Shown: positions 49,216-62,069, numbered from the whole stretch's first letter. The stretch: DNA of 63,231 nucleotides, filler included, from Octopus bimaculoides (GCF_001194135.2; 6 parts of 6 records of this genome joined end to end with filler, not necessarily neighbours in it), one strand, 5' to 3'. Numbers and translations: made by a program. The notes: generated by a model from the sequence alone, not told the origin.

Positions 49216-50023
49216 TGTTTGCCACCCTTTACGACTTAAAACCACAACCATCATCACTACCTTCATTAACTAACAGTCTACTGACGTCATCACCACAAGA
49301 ATCTATTAGGGTTCTCAATTTACAAATGTGCGTGCGCGCGCGCGTATGTGTGTGTGTGTGTGTGTGTATGTGTGTGTGAGTAGTAAGAGATGGCAAACAA
49401 TTTTAAAGAAATACTGTATGGTTTAACATAAGCACCTTTGTGTAAGTAATTGTCGCCGACCCACCAACAACAAGCGACACCCGACACNNNNNNNNNNNNN
49501 NNNNNNNNNNNNNNNNNNNNNNNNNNNNNNNNNNNNNNNNNNNNNNNNNNNNNNNNNNNNNNNNNNNNNNNNNNNNNNNNNNNNNNNNNNNNNNNNNNNN
49601 NNNNNNNNNNNNNNNNNNNNNNNNNNNNNNNNNNNNNNNNNNNNNNNNNNNNNNNNNNNNNNNNNNNNNNNNNNNNNNNNNNNNNNNNNNNNNNNNNNNN
49701 NNNNNNNNNNNNNNNNNNNNNNNNNNNNNNNNNNNNNNNNNNNNNNNNNNNNNNNNNNNNNNNNNNNNNNNNNNNNNNNNNNNNNNNNNNNNNNNNNNNN
49801 NNNNNNNNNNNNNNNNNNNNNNNNNNNNNNNNNNNNNNNNNNNNNNNNNNNNNNNNNNNNNNNNNNNNNNNNNNNNNNNNNNNNNNNNNNNNNNNNNNNN
49901 NNNNNNNNNNNNNNNNNNNNNNNNNNNNNNNNNNNNNNNNNNNNNNNNNNNNNNNNNNNNNNNNNNNNNNNNNNNNNNNNNNNNNNNNNNNNNNNNNNNN
50001 NNNNNNNNNNNNNNNNNNNNNNN

Positions 50024-50345
50024 ACATTAATTACATTATTTACAATTGACGGATATTTGTCCTCATTTTGTTTATTGTTAACACAACGTTTCAGCTGATA
50101 TACCCTTCATCAGGTGTTTTGGGGAAATTTCGAACCTGGGTTCTCATTCCTAAGGTATTTTTCGATGTTGTTATTATTATTATTATTATTATTCCTGTTC
50201 AGGTCACTGCTTGGAATCGAACTCGGAATCTTGGGGTTAGTAGCCCGCGCTCTTAAACACTACGCCATATGCCCGTGGGCACATCCGTCGAATGTAGGTA
50301 ATGTAAATAATGTACATAATTCCTCATCTCTTAAATATAGAACTG
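50024..50345. mobile_element. second copy of the tRNA-head/hammerhead foldback element (right arm mostly deleted)
   Basis: Collinear with 36990-37262. Keeps centre GCCATATGCCCGTGGGCA and terminus ..CTCTTAAATATAGAACTG-TA. Confidence 0.75.
50080..50118 (-). ncRNA. type I hammerhead-like motif
   Basis: AACAC-CTGATGA-..-GAAAC-GTT-GTGTT; core, GUU site and 5-bp stem I intact, 7-nt deletion in stem II. Confidence 0.55.
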
Positions 50346-50514
50346 TATTCTATATTTTTATTTTATTATAAATGCAAAACTTTATTATAAATGCAAAACA
50401 ACACCACAGAGGACTCGACGCAAGCTTAAATAATAAACCGCGATAGATGAACCGCGATAGATGAACCGCGATAGGTGAACCGCGATATGGTGAGAAATTA
50501 CTGTATATTGATTT

Positions 50515-50712
50515 TAAATTTTGGCACAAGGCCAGCAGCTGCAGTGGAGGTGTGTAAGTCGATCACATCGACCTCAGTTTTCAGCTGCTACTATTTTTAT
50601 CGACCCTAAGAGGATGAAAGGCAAAACAGTTCTCGGTGGAATTTTAACTAAGAACGTGAATGCGAACGAAATACTGCTAAGCGTGTTAACGATTCCTGCC
50701 AGCTCACCGCCC
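50515..50712 (-). mobile_element. SINE family C, diverged
   Basis: Reverse complement of the family C monomer. Confidence 0.7.
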
Positions 50713-51140
50713 CAGAACCTATTAATATATAGATTGTGGGAAAATACGAAAAAAATTTTTAAAAAAGGGCAACGGGGATATTTTTTCTCTTCATACACAA
50801 AACTATATCTAATGAATTCCATGCTCTAATTAACTGAATGAAACTTAGAAATGTGCATATACTCAATTTGGACCTTTGGTTCCCCATTAAAGAACTCAAT
50901 AGTTTGGAAAAATTCCATCTGATTGGATGTAAAATTGGCTTGTCATTTCTTGGAATGTGAAGAATTTCCGATTTTGAAGAATTCGTAATGATCTTCAAAT
51001 AACAATATTAACAATATATAGAGAACATCTATAAATTTGGAATACACTCACACACGCACACACATAAATACATACGCACACATGTATATACATATATACA
51101 TAAATATATGCATAAATATATCTATATATATACACATACA

Positions 51141-51220
<80 letters not shown>

Positions 51221-51333
51221 NNNNNNNNNNNNNNNNNNNNNNNNNNNNNNNNNNNNNNNNNNNNNNNNNNNNNNNNNNNNNNNNNNNNNNNNNNNNNNNN
51301 NNNNNNNNNNNNNNNNNNNNNNNNNNNNNNNNN

Positions 51334-51386
<53 letters not shown>

Positions 51387-52314
51387 TCTGCATTTATATG
51401 CATGTATATGTGTGCATATATATACTCACACATAATAATCTATTCATATACTCATATAATAAATAATCGCATGCGCATGCGTCTTTTCACTCACGCACGC
51501 GCGCATATTTTCAAGAAACACTACAGCAATGTTGAACTCATAGCAATCTAGAAACTCTATAATTGCTTTAAATAATTCAATATTTTGCTGAATGCGGTCT
51601 ATTGTAATCTGACATGATTGCAACAATTGTAGAAGAACGGTAATATGACATAACGAGTAACTGTTTGCTTTTGATTATTCCATTGAAAATCAAGGTAAAC
51701 GGTTAAATGTTATCTAAAAGAGCTGATTGATGGGATTTTGTAGGACAATCTCAAGGTTCTCTTAAGACTCAGGGTTACGTCTCGATTCATGGCTTTATAG
51801 AAATATCTCAACATAAAACGTAACTATTCAATTTTTTTTCTGAGTGTCTAACCGTTAAGTGAAAAATCGTTAAGAAGTGAAGGGATAATTCCCAAAGAAT
51901 TAATGTTATATAAAATAGTTAGGTTCTAAAGCGGATGTCATTGATTCGTGCTAAATAAATAGCATTAAAACAACAACTAAAACATAATTAAAGATTTCAT
52001 AAATTATTAAAAAAATAAATAAAAAATCAATTACCTCAAGTATCTATCTATCTATCTATCTATCTATCTANNNNNNNNNNNNNNNNNNNNNNNNNNNNNN
52101 NNNNNNNNNNNNNNNNNNNNNNNNNNNNNNNNNNNNNNNNNNNNNNNNNNNNNNNNNNNNNNNNNNNNNNCAAATCCACTCACAAGGTTTTGGTTGGCCC
52201 GAGGCTATAGTAGAAGAGACAGCCACGCCTGCGCTATATGTAACAATCTCTAATTTTATAATATAAGACATAGATCAGCTTTTATAATCTCCAACATTTC
52301 TCTTCTTCATCGAA

Positions 52315-52495
52315 CACCGGGTGAAACGCTTAGCGTCATTTCGTCCGTCTTTATGTTCTGAGTTAAAATTCCGCAGAGTTCGATTTGTCTTTCCTCTTTA
52401 CAGGCTCGATAAAATAAGTACCGGTTGAACACTGAGATCAGTGTAATCGGTTTAGTCTCTCCTCCGAACTTGCTGGCCTTGTGCCAAAACTTGAA
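52315..52495 (+). mobile_element. SINE family C, diverged
   Basis: TTCTGAGTTAAAATTCCGCAGAG..GGCCTTGTGCCAAAACTTGAA. Confidence 0.7.
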
Positions 52496-52837
52496 CGCGA
52501 TATTTCTCTTCTACGCAAAAAACCCTCCATTTTCTGTCACTTGATACAGGCTTTATGAATTTTAGAATATACTATACCAACCTATACGCATCCTTTGGTT
52601 TTAAATTTTAAATGTATTCTGCAAAAATGGTTTAGTTTTTAGGTGAATCATTAGAAAATAAGTAACAGTGCACATAATATGTTTCTTTTTTAAAACTGAA
52701 GTAAATGCAATATAAAATTTAGAAGAATTTTTAAGCTTTAACGATACATTTTACAGTACATTTTAATGGGTAAATTCCACTTACTCTACCATTAGAATTG
52801 ATTATGTGCTTGACTAAATACTACAAAAAACCTGTGA

Positions 52838-52874
<37 letters not shown>

Positions 52875-53674
52875 TAGCAGAGATACCCGGCGCTGCTCGG
52901 GGTTACAATGGCATGGTTTTTTTTTTTGTTTTAATTGTTTCGGTCATGTGACTGCGAACATGCTGGAGCACCGTTTGTAGTCGAAAAGATCGACACAAGG
53001 ATTTATTCTTTGTAAGCCTAGTACTTATTCTATCGGTGTGTTTCGCCAAATGGATAAGTTGCGGTTGTGANNNNNNNNNNNNNNNNNNNNNNNNNNNNNN
53101 NNNNNNNNNNNNNNNNNNNNNNNNNNNNNNNNNNNNNNNNNNNNNNNNNNNNNNNNNNNNNNNNNNNNNNNNNNNNNNNNNNNNNNNNNNNNNNNNNNNN
53201 NNNNNNNNNNNNNNNNNNNNNNNNNNNNNNNNNNNNNNNNNNNNNNNNNNNNNNNNNNNNNNNNNNNNNNNNNNNNNNNNNNNNNNNNNNNNNNNNNNNN
53301 NNNNNNNNNNNNNNNNNNNNNNNNNNNNNNNNNNNNNNNNNNNNNNNNNNNNNNNNNNNNNNNNNNNNNNNNNNNNNNNNNNNNNNNNNNNNNNNNNNNN
53401 NNNNNNNNNNNNNNNNNNNNNNNNNNNNNNNNNNNNNNNNNNNNNNNNNNNNNNNNNNNNNNNNNNNNNNNNNNNNNNNNNNNNNNNNNNNNNNNNNNNN
53501 NNNNNNNNNNNNNNNNNNNNNNNNNNNNNNNNNNNNNNNNNNNNNNNNNNNNNNNNNNNNNNNNNNNNNNNNNNNNNNNNNNNNNNNNNNNNNNNNNNNN
53601 NNNNNNNNNNNNNNNNNNNNNNNNNNNNNNNNNNNNNNNNNNNNNNNNNNNNNNNNNNNNNNNTATATATTATT

Positions 53675-54869
53675 ATCTCAACGTAACTTTTACTGCCTCT
53701 GACGTCATAGAAGCAATAAATGAAATCAAGTATTATTCTGCTGCAGGACCTGATAGATTCCCCGCTAGTGCCCTGAAGGATTGTAGATACCAACTTGCAA
53801 TCCCTCTAACCAACCTCTGGAGAAATTCTTTAGATTCTGGCTCTATACCGAAACAGTTGTTATCCCAATTTGTCATCCGGGTCTTCAAAAAGGGAAACAT
53901 ATTTCTCGCAGTTAACAACCACCCAATGTGATTTATCTCCCATATCATCAAAGTGTTTGAAAGGGTGGTGAGATCAAGAATAATTAGCCTCCTGGAGAGC
54001 CACAACTTTCTAAATTCCAACCACCACGGCCTTCGCTGCGGTAGAAACTACCTAACACAGCTCTTACATCACATCGATGATTTCCTTAAAGCTTTGAGAT
54101 CAGGTTTGCACTCTGATGTTATATATATATACAGAATCGACCACAATATCTTCCTGTCTAAATTGTCCAATATTGGAAACCGTGGTAAACTGGTACACTG
54201 CGTTAAGTATTTCCTCGTGAACAGAACACAACATGTTGTGATCGGTAGAATCCATCAAAGCCCAACAAAAGTCACCAGTGGTGTCCTTCAGGGGACTATT
54301 TTGGACCCGCTTCTCTTTATAGTCTATATAAACGACATCCCAAGCATCATCAAACATAGCACAATAAAAATATTCCAAGATCCAGAAAATTATTTATGAA
54401 AAGGAAGACCAAACTGAACTCCAATCTCATCTACATGCTGTAAACCAATGGTGGGACAAAAACAGAATGCGGTTAAATGAGGGAAGAATTTGAAGTAATG
54501 CATTTTGATAAAAAGTTTCCGCTCGAACAACTATATTGCCCACGGCATCCAATAGTATCAGAGACTTAGAAGTGATTGTTGACAACAATCTCAGCTAGAG
54601 TGCCCGACAATACAGTCGATATGGCTCGCAGGATGAGCTCTTGGATCCTCAGAACTTTCCCGTCCAGAGAGCAAAATACCATCACTCCCCTCTTCTCCTC
54701 CTTTGTACGGCCAAACCTAGAATACTGCTGCCCCTTGTGGTCTCTTCACTCCGAATAAAACATTGGAACTGAGTCACCCCAGAGATCATTCACAAAGAAA
54801 AGATTAAGAGCATGACTGATCTTGGTTATATGTAACGCCTTAAAACACTGACTTTTTATTCTCTCCATT
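53675..54869 (+). mobile_element. CR1/L2-clade LINE ORF2 reverse transcriptase fragment, disrupted
   Basis: SAAGPDRFP..LAIPLTNLWRNSLDSG; KVFERVV; SGVLQGTILDPLLFIVYINDI; FVRPNLEYCCPLWS. Confidence 0.88.
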
Positions 54870-55254
54870 NNNNNNNNNNNNNNNNNNNNNNNNNNNNNNN
54901 NNNNNNNNNNNNNNNNNNNNNNNNNNNNNNNNNNNNNNNNNNNNNNNNNNNNNNNNNNNNNNNNNNNNNNNNNNNNNNNNNNNNNNNNNNNNNNNNNNNN
55001 NNNNNNNNNNNNNNNNNNNNNNNNNNNNNNNNNNNNNNNNNNNNNNNNNNNNNNNNNNNNNNNNNNNNNNNNNNNNNNNNNNNNNNNNNNNNNNNNNNNN
55101 NNNNNNNNNNNNNNNNNNNNNNNNNNNNNNNNNNNNNNNNNNNNNNNNNNNNNNNNNNNNNNNNNNNNNNNNNNNNNNNNNNNNNNNNNNNNNNNNNNNN
55201 NNNNNNNNNNNNNNNNNNNNNNNNNNNNNNNNNNNNNNNNNNNNNTATACTCTT

Positions 55255-55616
55255 TTACTCTTTTACTTGTTTCAGTCATTTGACTGCGGCCATGCTGGAG
55301 CACCGCCTTTTAGTCGAGCTAATCAACCCCAGGACTTATTCTTTGTAAGCGTAGTACTTATTCTATCGGTCTCTTTTGCCGAACCGCTAAGTTGCGGGGA
55401 CGTAAACACACCACCATCGGTTGTGAAGCGATGTTGGGGGGGACAAACACAAACATATACACACACATACACATATATATATACATATATACGACAGGCT
55501 TCTTTCAGTTTCCGTCTACCAAATCCACTCACAAGGCTTTGGTCGGCCCGAGGCTATAGTAGAAGGCACTTGCCCAAGATGTCACGCAGTGGGAATGAAC
55601 CCGGAACCATGCGGTT
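55255..55616 (-). mobile_element. SINE family B, near full length
   Basis: Reverse complement of the family B consensus. Confidence 0.85.
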
Positions 55617-56214
55617 GATTCATTTATATTTATTTGTTTGTTTTGACCTCGATGTGAGTGTATAGTTTAGCAACAGTGTTTTGAACTTTGATTTTCATGT
55701 TTCGCTTTTATTTCCCGATGACAGGGTTTTACACATCTCATTCAAATTAATAAATTACGTATTTAAATTACGTAATCATACGATACACAATGCTGGTATT
55801 TAATCTCTGGAATCATTGTGAAAACTTTGCTTTTTATTATTTCGAATATCTTGCTCTGAACATTCGTTTTAGGCCATTTGTCTTTATTCAAACTCATTTC
55901 ATTTATGGTTATTCTATTGATCTAATAATATATTGCAGTTTAATGACGTTAAAAATCGAGCACTTTCATTCAGTGCATATTTTTTATAGTGTGTACATAC
56001 ACACACACACACGCACACGGGTATGTGTGTGTGATGTGTGTGTACACTATATATATATATATTATACATATATTTATATATATGCATATATATATACATA
56101 CATATATATATAGTTATATATATACATACATATATATATATATTATATATATATATATATATATATGTATATACATACATATATACATACATACATATAT
56201 TATATATATATACA

Positions 56215-56257
<43 letters not shown>

Positions 56258-56550
56258 NNNNNNNNNNNNNNNNNNNNNNNNNNNNNNNNNNNNNNNNNNN
56301 NNNNNNNNNNNNNNNNNNNNNNNNNNNNNNNNNNNNNNNNNNNNNNNNNNNNNNNNNNNNNNNNNNNNNNNNNNNNNNNNNNNNNNNNNNNNNNNNNNNN
56401 NNNNNNNNNNNNNNNNNNNNNNNNNNNNNNNNNNNNNNNNNNNNNNNNNNNNNNNNNNNNNNNNNNNNNNNNNNNNNNNNNNNNNNNNNNNNNNNNNNNN
56501 NNNNNNNNNNNNNNNNNNNNNNNNNNNNNNNNNNNNNNNNNTTTTATCCC

Positions 56551-56622
<72 letters not shown>

Positions 56623-57306
56623 TTCGCAAGAGACTGAATAATATATTTTATGTTGGAAGAATTTCAAACAACAATTTATAGCTTCATCCTAATCTTCCGG
56701 ATTGTGGAACACATCAAAACCGTCTCTTAACGTTTCATACATTTGATGCTGCTGCATTAAGTGTATAGACGTCGATGGAATGGTTTATTGCAAGAATATC
56801 GATAGGTCTATCTAAATATACAACGAACAACCGAGCGTCAGGTTTATGTACCCGTCTCTGCTGCCTTCAAAGTTATGTTTAATTCTATATATCTACAGAT
56901 AAGGTAACCTCACCCACCAAATGCAGTATTTTTACGTGTTAAATCTACAACTGAAATATAAATGATTTATAGCTAAATGTTCCCTTGTTCTTTTATTTTC
57001 ATTTAGTGTGGGTGAAAATTGTAAACAGAGCTTTACAAATAAATGTGAACTCGTAGAAATATTTTCTAACAGAAGTACAGTATTACAAAATATCGATGTC
57101 GGATGTAGGTGTAGTTAATGAATTTATCCTGAGCATTTTGTTATTTATTTTATGTGTCCCTTTTCAATGGGGATTATAAGTAAAATAGGCGGTAACTAGC
57201 GTTTGAACTCGGATCCTAATTTGAAGAAACCAAATATCTTTAAACTGTTTGCCTTGTACTTTACCGATTCTATCACTAATTGCTTTCAATATTTGGTAGT
57301 TTGTAA

Positions 57307-57359
57307 GACGGCGTGCTTGCAGAAACGTTAGCACGCCGGTCGAACTGTTTAGCGGTATA
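57307..57359 (+). mobile_element. SINE family C head, truncated at GCGGTAT by a LINE-like 5' end
   Basis: GCAGAAACGTTAGCACGCCGGTCGAACTGTTTAGCGGTAT, then unrelated (GTGAATTATT)-rich sequence. Confidence 0.65.
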
Positions 57360-57494
57360 ACGGCTCTGTGAATTATTGTGAATTATTGTGAATACTGTTG
57401 AGTTACTTTGTGAAGGCTGTCTCGGTGAGTAATTGTGATTTTTGTGGAATTATTACGGTTGCATTTCAAGTGAGCTGCTGCATTTTTCCCAGCT

Positions 57495-58724
57495 ATGGCA
57501 AGTGGTAGTGTCTCCAGTATGGAGAGCTACGCCAAGGCCACTGCGGTGAGGAAGCCAGTGCCGCTAGAAACCAAGTTAATCAAGTTGGATATGGAGGAGG
57601 TGACTAGAAGCAGGAATTTGATAGAAGTTGAGGGAGACTCGTACAAATTGTGTCCCCCAAAAGAGACTAAAGAAAATAAGATTCTGAGGACAGTAGTGTA
57701 TCGTACACAGGCTGTCGAAACCGGTAAAATTGAAATGGTGACGGAAGAGGAAATCGAGGAGTGCCTGGGTGAAATTGTCAATGAAGCCACGTACATCAAC
57801 AGAGGAAGAAAGTTCGGTACGGTTGAGGTGAGGTTCGCCACTATAGAAGAGGCAACCAAGCATGCAACCAACATATTAAGAAGTGAGAAAATAGCATTGC
57901 TACCAAGCTATAGAGGAAGAAGTGTGAAAATACAAATTCCCTGAGTTACACCAGATATCAAACCAGAGTGGTTGGTTGCAACAGTGCTGGCTGCAACCAA
58001 GGAGGAGCCGGAATTGGGACCAGTGGCGAAAACAAAAGTGTGCAAATGGTGGGGATTTGGACTCGAAATGTGGCTTTTTGCCACATTCGAGGACATAGAA
58101 AGAATTCCATACCAGATAGAAGTGGAGGACGATAAAACGTTAAATGTTGTAGTCGAGGGAAGAAAACCAAATTGTTATATATGCGGGGAGAGAGGTCATA
58201 TGAAGACCAAATGCCCCCTATATGAGTTCACACAGCCACAGCAAGAGAAAGCACAAACAGAGGAGGAAAGAATTGTAGACCACACTGAGGAAACAAAAGA
58301 GAGACAGAAGTGTGAAACAGAGAAAACAAAGAAGAACGAAAATGGAGCTACTATGATAAGCAGAACACGACAAATAAATTGCTGGGGGTATGGAGTGGAG
58401 GTGCTTTTTATGGGGAGTCAGAAAGTTTACAGTGACATACCGGAGACACTGGAACTGCCTAACGAGGACAAACTGGACATAATGTTGGAGGGGAGACCTC
58501 CAAAGTGCTACGAATGTGGCAAAAGAGGTCACATTAGAAGAAGGTGCCCAGAAATAATGGAAATCAAAGAAATGGAAACGCAAGAAGGCGTGATAGAGGA
58601 GAGGAAACACTCACAGGAAGAGGAGCAGATAGCTGATTTTGAGGAAGCTAAATCAAGGAAGAGAGAAAGGAGGAGCTCATCGCCGAAAGTCGAACAAGGG
58701 AAAATATACAAATCACAGGATTAA
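57495..58724 (+). pseudogene. Tx1/L1-like ORF1 (RRM-like region plus two CCHC zinc knuckles) with one premature stop
   Basis: ORFs 57495-57944 and 57972-58724 share a frame, separated only by TGA at 57942-57944. CYICGERGHMKTKC and CYECGKRGHIRRRC; RNP1-like FGTVEVRF. Confidence 0.8.
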
Positions 58725-59096
58725 GTGGGATCACCGAGGAAAGAGGATAATAGCAGTAGAACATTACCACGGAACCATAGAGTCTCACAATCGCACAGAC
58801 AGATACAGAGATGCATAAACACACAGGCATACATACACTCGGAAGCGTAGAAGATAACGCGGAGTTGCAGAAACCTAAAAGCACAGACACACAAACACAA
58901 CAGGCAGACTTGCAGTCACANNNNNNNNNNNNNNNNNNNNNNNNNNNNNNNNNNNNNNNNNNNNTTAATTAATTAANNNNNNNNNNNNNNNNNNNNNNNN
59001 NNNNNNNNNNNNNNNNNNNNCACACACACCATTTTGTATATATATTCCTGCACTAAGTGAAATGAGATGATGTAAAAAAAGACCTATTTAACTAAT

Positions 59097-59198
59097 CACC
59101 TGATGAGGTGTGTTTTACACTTTGGATGTACGATGATGATTACACAACATTTCACCAATGTACAACAAGTGTAAAAATGTGGTGAAACAATTGTAGTG
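59097..59198 (+). ncRNA. type I hammerhead-like motif with long stem II insertion
   Basis: CAC-CTGATGA-(77 nt, includes TTTTACACT/AGTGTAAAA and TGTAC/GTACA pairs)-GAAAC-AATT-GTA-GTG; palindromic ACAATTGT stem III. Confidence 0.6.
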
Positions 59199-59336
59199 TT
59201 TTTAAATTAAAACATTGTCAATTCCATTTTTTGTAAGTTGTCTATTTATATACATAATACAAATACATGAGTGTATCTATATTTTACAAAGTCTGCCTGT
59301 GTTTTAAATATGAAAGAGGGAAGGAAAGCTGGAAAT

Positions 59337-59380
59337 TCCTGACAGACTGTTTAGCAGTCTGTTGACCACTGGTCAGAGAA
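59337..59380 (-). ncRNA. type I hammerhead-like motif, left arm of inverted repeat
   Basis: TTCT-CTGACCA-GTGGTC aaca GACTGC-TAAAC-AGTCT-GTC-AGGA. Confidence 0.5.
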
Positions 59381-59745
59381 GACATACCCAGCTTCCTTCA
59401 GCAATTAATAGCATAGAGCATTCAGCTGCTATATAAAGCAGGTTGTAAATTAGGCAAAGCCTGATTAGTGGACAGCCTAGTTAGCACTGCAGTAGCATGG
59501 AGAGGGTGTGTTCACTTTCTCATTTAAAACAAAGTCAGGCTTTGTTATAATATTTAAAGTTACTTCAGTTTGGGTAATTTATTTATGCTGTGTTGCGCAT
59601 AAATAGATACTGTTTAATTAATGATGAGTCATCAAAAACACAAACTTGAAAATGAGGCTATTCAACTACTGCATTAGTCTAATTTCTGACTGCTTTATAT
59701 AGCAGCTGCTCTGTGTTATTGATTGGATCATAAAGTGTGTACTGT

Positions 59746-59788
59746 TTCTCTGATGAGTAGTCAATAAATTTGAAACAGTTAGTCAGGA
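59746..59788 (+). ncRNA. type I hammerhead-like motif, right arm of inverted repeat
   Basis: TTCT-CTGATGA-GTAGTC..-GAAAC-AGTTA-GTC-AGGA. Confidence 0.55.
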
Positions 59789-59828
59789 GACTGCCACCTT
59801 CTATTTTCATTTATATGTATATATTTAC

Positions 59829-60190
59829 ATCATCATCGTTTAACGTCCGCTTTCCATGCTAGCATGGGTTGGACGATTTGACTGAGGACTGGTGAACCAG
59901 ATGGCTACACCAGGCTCCAATCTGATTTGGCAGAGTTTCTACAGCTGGATGCCCTTCCTAACACCAACCACTCCGGGAGTGTAGTGGGTGCTTTTACGTG
60001 CCACTGGCACGAGGGCCAGTCTGGCGGTACTGGCAACGACCACGCTCAAAATGGTGTATTTTACGTGCCACCTGCACAGGAGTCAGTCCAGCGGCACTGG
60101 CAATGACCTCGCTTGAATGTCTTTTCACGTGCCAGGAAGGCAACGCTGGTAACGATCATGCTCAAATGGTGCTATTTACATGCCACTGGC
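59829..60190 (-). mobile_element. SINE with RTE-type tail and internal ~80-bp tandem units
   Basis: Minus strand ends CCCATGCTAGCATGGAAAGCGGACGTTAAACGATGATG; repeated (T/C)ACGTGCCA blocks. Confidence 0.65.
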
Positions 60191-61126
60191 NNNNNNNNNN
60201 NNNNNNNNNNNNNNNNNNNNNNNNNNNNNNNNNNNNNNNNNNNNNNNNNNNNNNNNNNNNNNNNNNNNNNNNNNNNNNNNNNNNNNNNNNNNNNNNNNNN
60301 NNNNNNNNNNNNNNNNNNNNNNNNNNNNNNNNNNNNNNNNNNNNNNNNNNNNNNNNNNNNNNNNNNNNNNNNNNNNNNNNNNNNNNNNNNNNNNNNNNNN
60401 NNNNNNNNNNNNNNNNNNNNNNNNNNNNNNNNNNNNNNNNNNNNNNNNNNNNNNNNNNNNNNNNNNNNNNNNNNNNNNNNNNNNNNNNNNNNNNNNNNNN
60501 NNNNNNNNNNNNNNNNNNNNNNNNNNNNNNNNNNNNNNNNNNNNNNNNNNNNNNNNNNNNNNNNNNNNNNNNNNNNNNNNNNNNNNNNNNNNNNNNNNNN
60601 NNNNNNNNNNNNNNNNNNNNNNNNNNNNNNNNNNNNNNNNNNNNNNNNNNNNNNNNNNNNNNNNNNNNNNNNNNNNNNNNNNNNNNNNNNNNNNNNNNNN
60701 NNNNNNNNNNNNNNNNNNNNNNNNNNNNNNNNNNNNNNNNNNNNNNNNNNNNNNNNNNNNNNNNNNNNNNNNNNNNNNNNNNNNNNNNNNNNNNNNNNNN
60801 NNNNNNNNNNNNNNNNNNNNNNNNNNNNNNNNNNNNNNNNNNNNNNNNNNNNNNNNNNNNNNNNNNNNNNNNNNNNNNNNNNNNNNNNNNNNNNNNNNNN
60901 NNNNNNNNNNNNNNNNNNNNNNNNNNNNNNNNNNNNNNNNNNNNNNNNNNNNNNNNNNNNNNNNNNNNNNNNNNNNNNNNNNNNNNNNNNNNNNNNNNNN
61001 NNNNNNNNNNNNNNNNNNNNNNNNNNNNNNNNNNNNNNNNNNNNNNNNNNNNNNNNNNNNNNNNNNNNNNNNNNNNNNNNNNNNNNNNNNNNNTGTGTGT
61101 GTGTGTGTGTGTGTGTATATACATCC

Positions 61127-61400
61127 TTAGTCCTTAGTCCATCCCGCGTCTGGTGGTGCATTGCGCAGACAACAATCTCCACTGATCTCTATTGGCAGCC
61201 TCTCTCTCTCTCGATGTTTTCCCATTTTCTGTTTATTACTGCTATGTCTGCTTTGAACGATCTGCGCCATGTTGTCTTTGGTCTTCCTCTCTTTCTCTTT
61301 CCGCCAGGTGGTTCCCATCTAAATGCTGCTTTGGCGTGACGTTGGTCTGGCATGCGGAAAATGTGCCCCGCTAGTCTCATTCTTCTCTCTGCCAGTTTTA
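61127..61400 (-). mobile_element. RTE-clade LINE 3' end
   Basis: RLAGHIFRMPDQRHAKAAFRWEPPGGKRKRGRPKTTWRRS; (GGACTAA)n tail. Confidence 0.85.
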
Positions 61401-61424
61401 GTCATTGGATTGTGGCTAGGCTTA

Positions 61425-62069
61425 GGCACAGCTTGGAAGGCTTTAGTCAAAACAATCAACCCCAATACCTTTTCTTTCTTAAGCCTGATACCTATTCTGT
61501 CAGTCTCTTTAGCTGAACCACTAAGTTATAAGGACATAAACAAGCTAACACTGGTTGTCAAGTGGTGAGGCACAAACACAAAGACATACACATAGATATA
61601 CATGCACATTTATATACAATGGGCTTCTTTCAGTTTCCGTCTACCAAATCCACTCACAAGGCTTTGGTCGGCCCAAGGCTATAGTAGAAGACACTTGCCC
61701 AAGGTGCCACGCAGTGGGACTGAACCCGGAACCATGTGGTTGGTAAGCAAGCTTCTTACCACACAGCCACATGTATATTCCTTTATTTTTTTTTTACATA
61801 TTTATTCTTTTATTCTTTTACATGTTTCAGCCATTTGACTGCGGCCATGCTGGAGCACCGCCTTAAAGCATTTTTAGTTGAAGAAATCAACTCAAAGATT
61901 TGTTTTTAAGCTTAGTACTTATTCTATCAGTCCTCTTTGCTGAACTGCTAAGTCACAGGGACGTAAACACACCAACCCTGGTTGTCAAGCGATGATGGAG
62001 ATGGGGGGTGGGGTGACAAATATAAATACAAAGAAACACACGTACACATATATATACAACAGGCTTCTT
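61425..62069 (-). mobile_element. two adjacent SINE family B copies
   Basis: 61425-61770 and 61815-62069 each match the family B reverse complement. Confidence 0.8.

Noticed and set aside
50436-50487. Short periodic repeat (AACCGCGATAGATG)n
   Set aside because: Plain 14-bp minisatellite with no unique spacers; not CRISPR-like.
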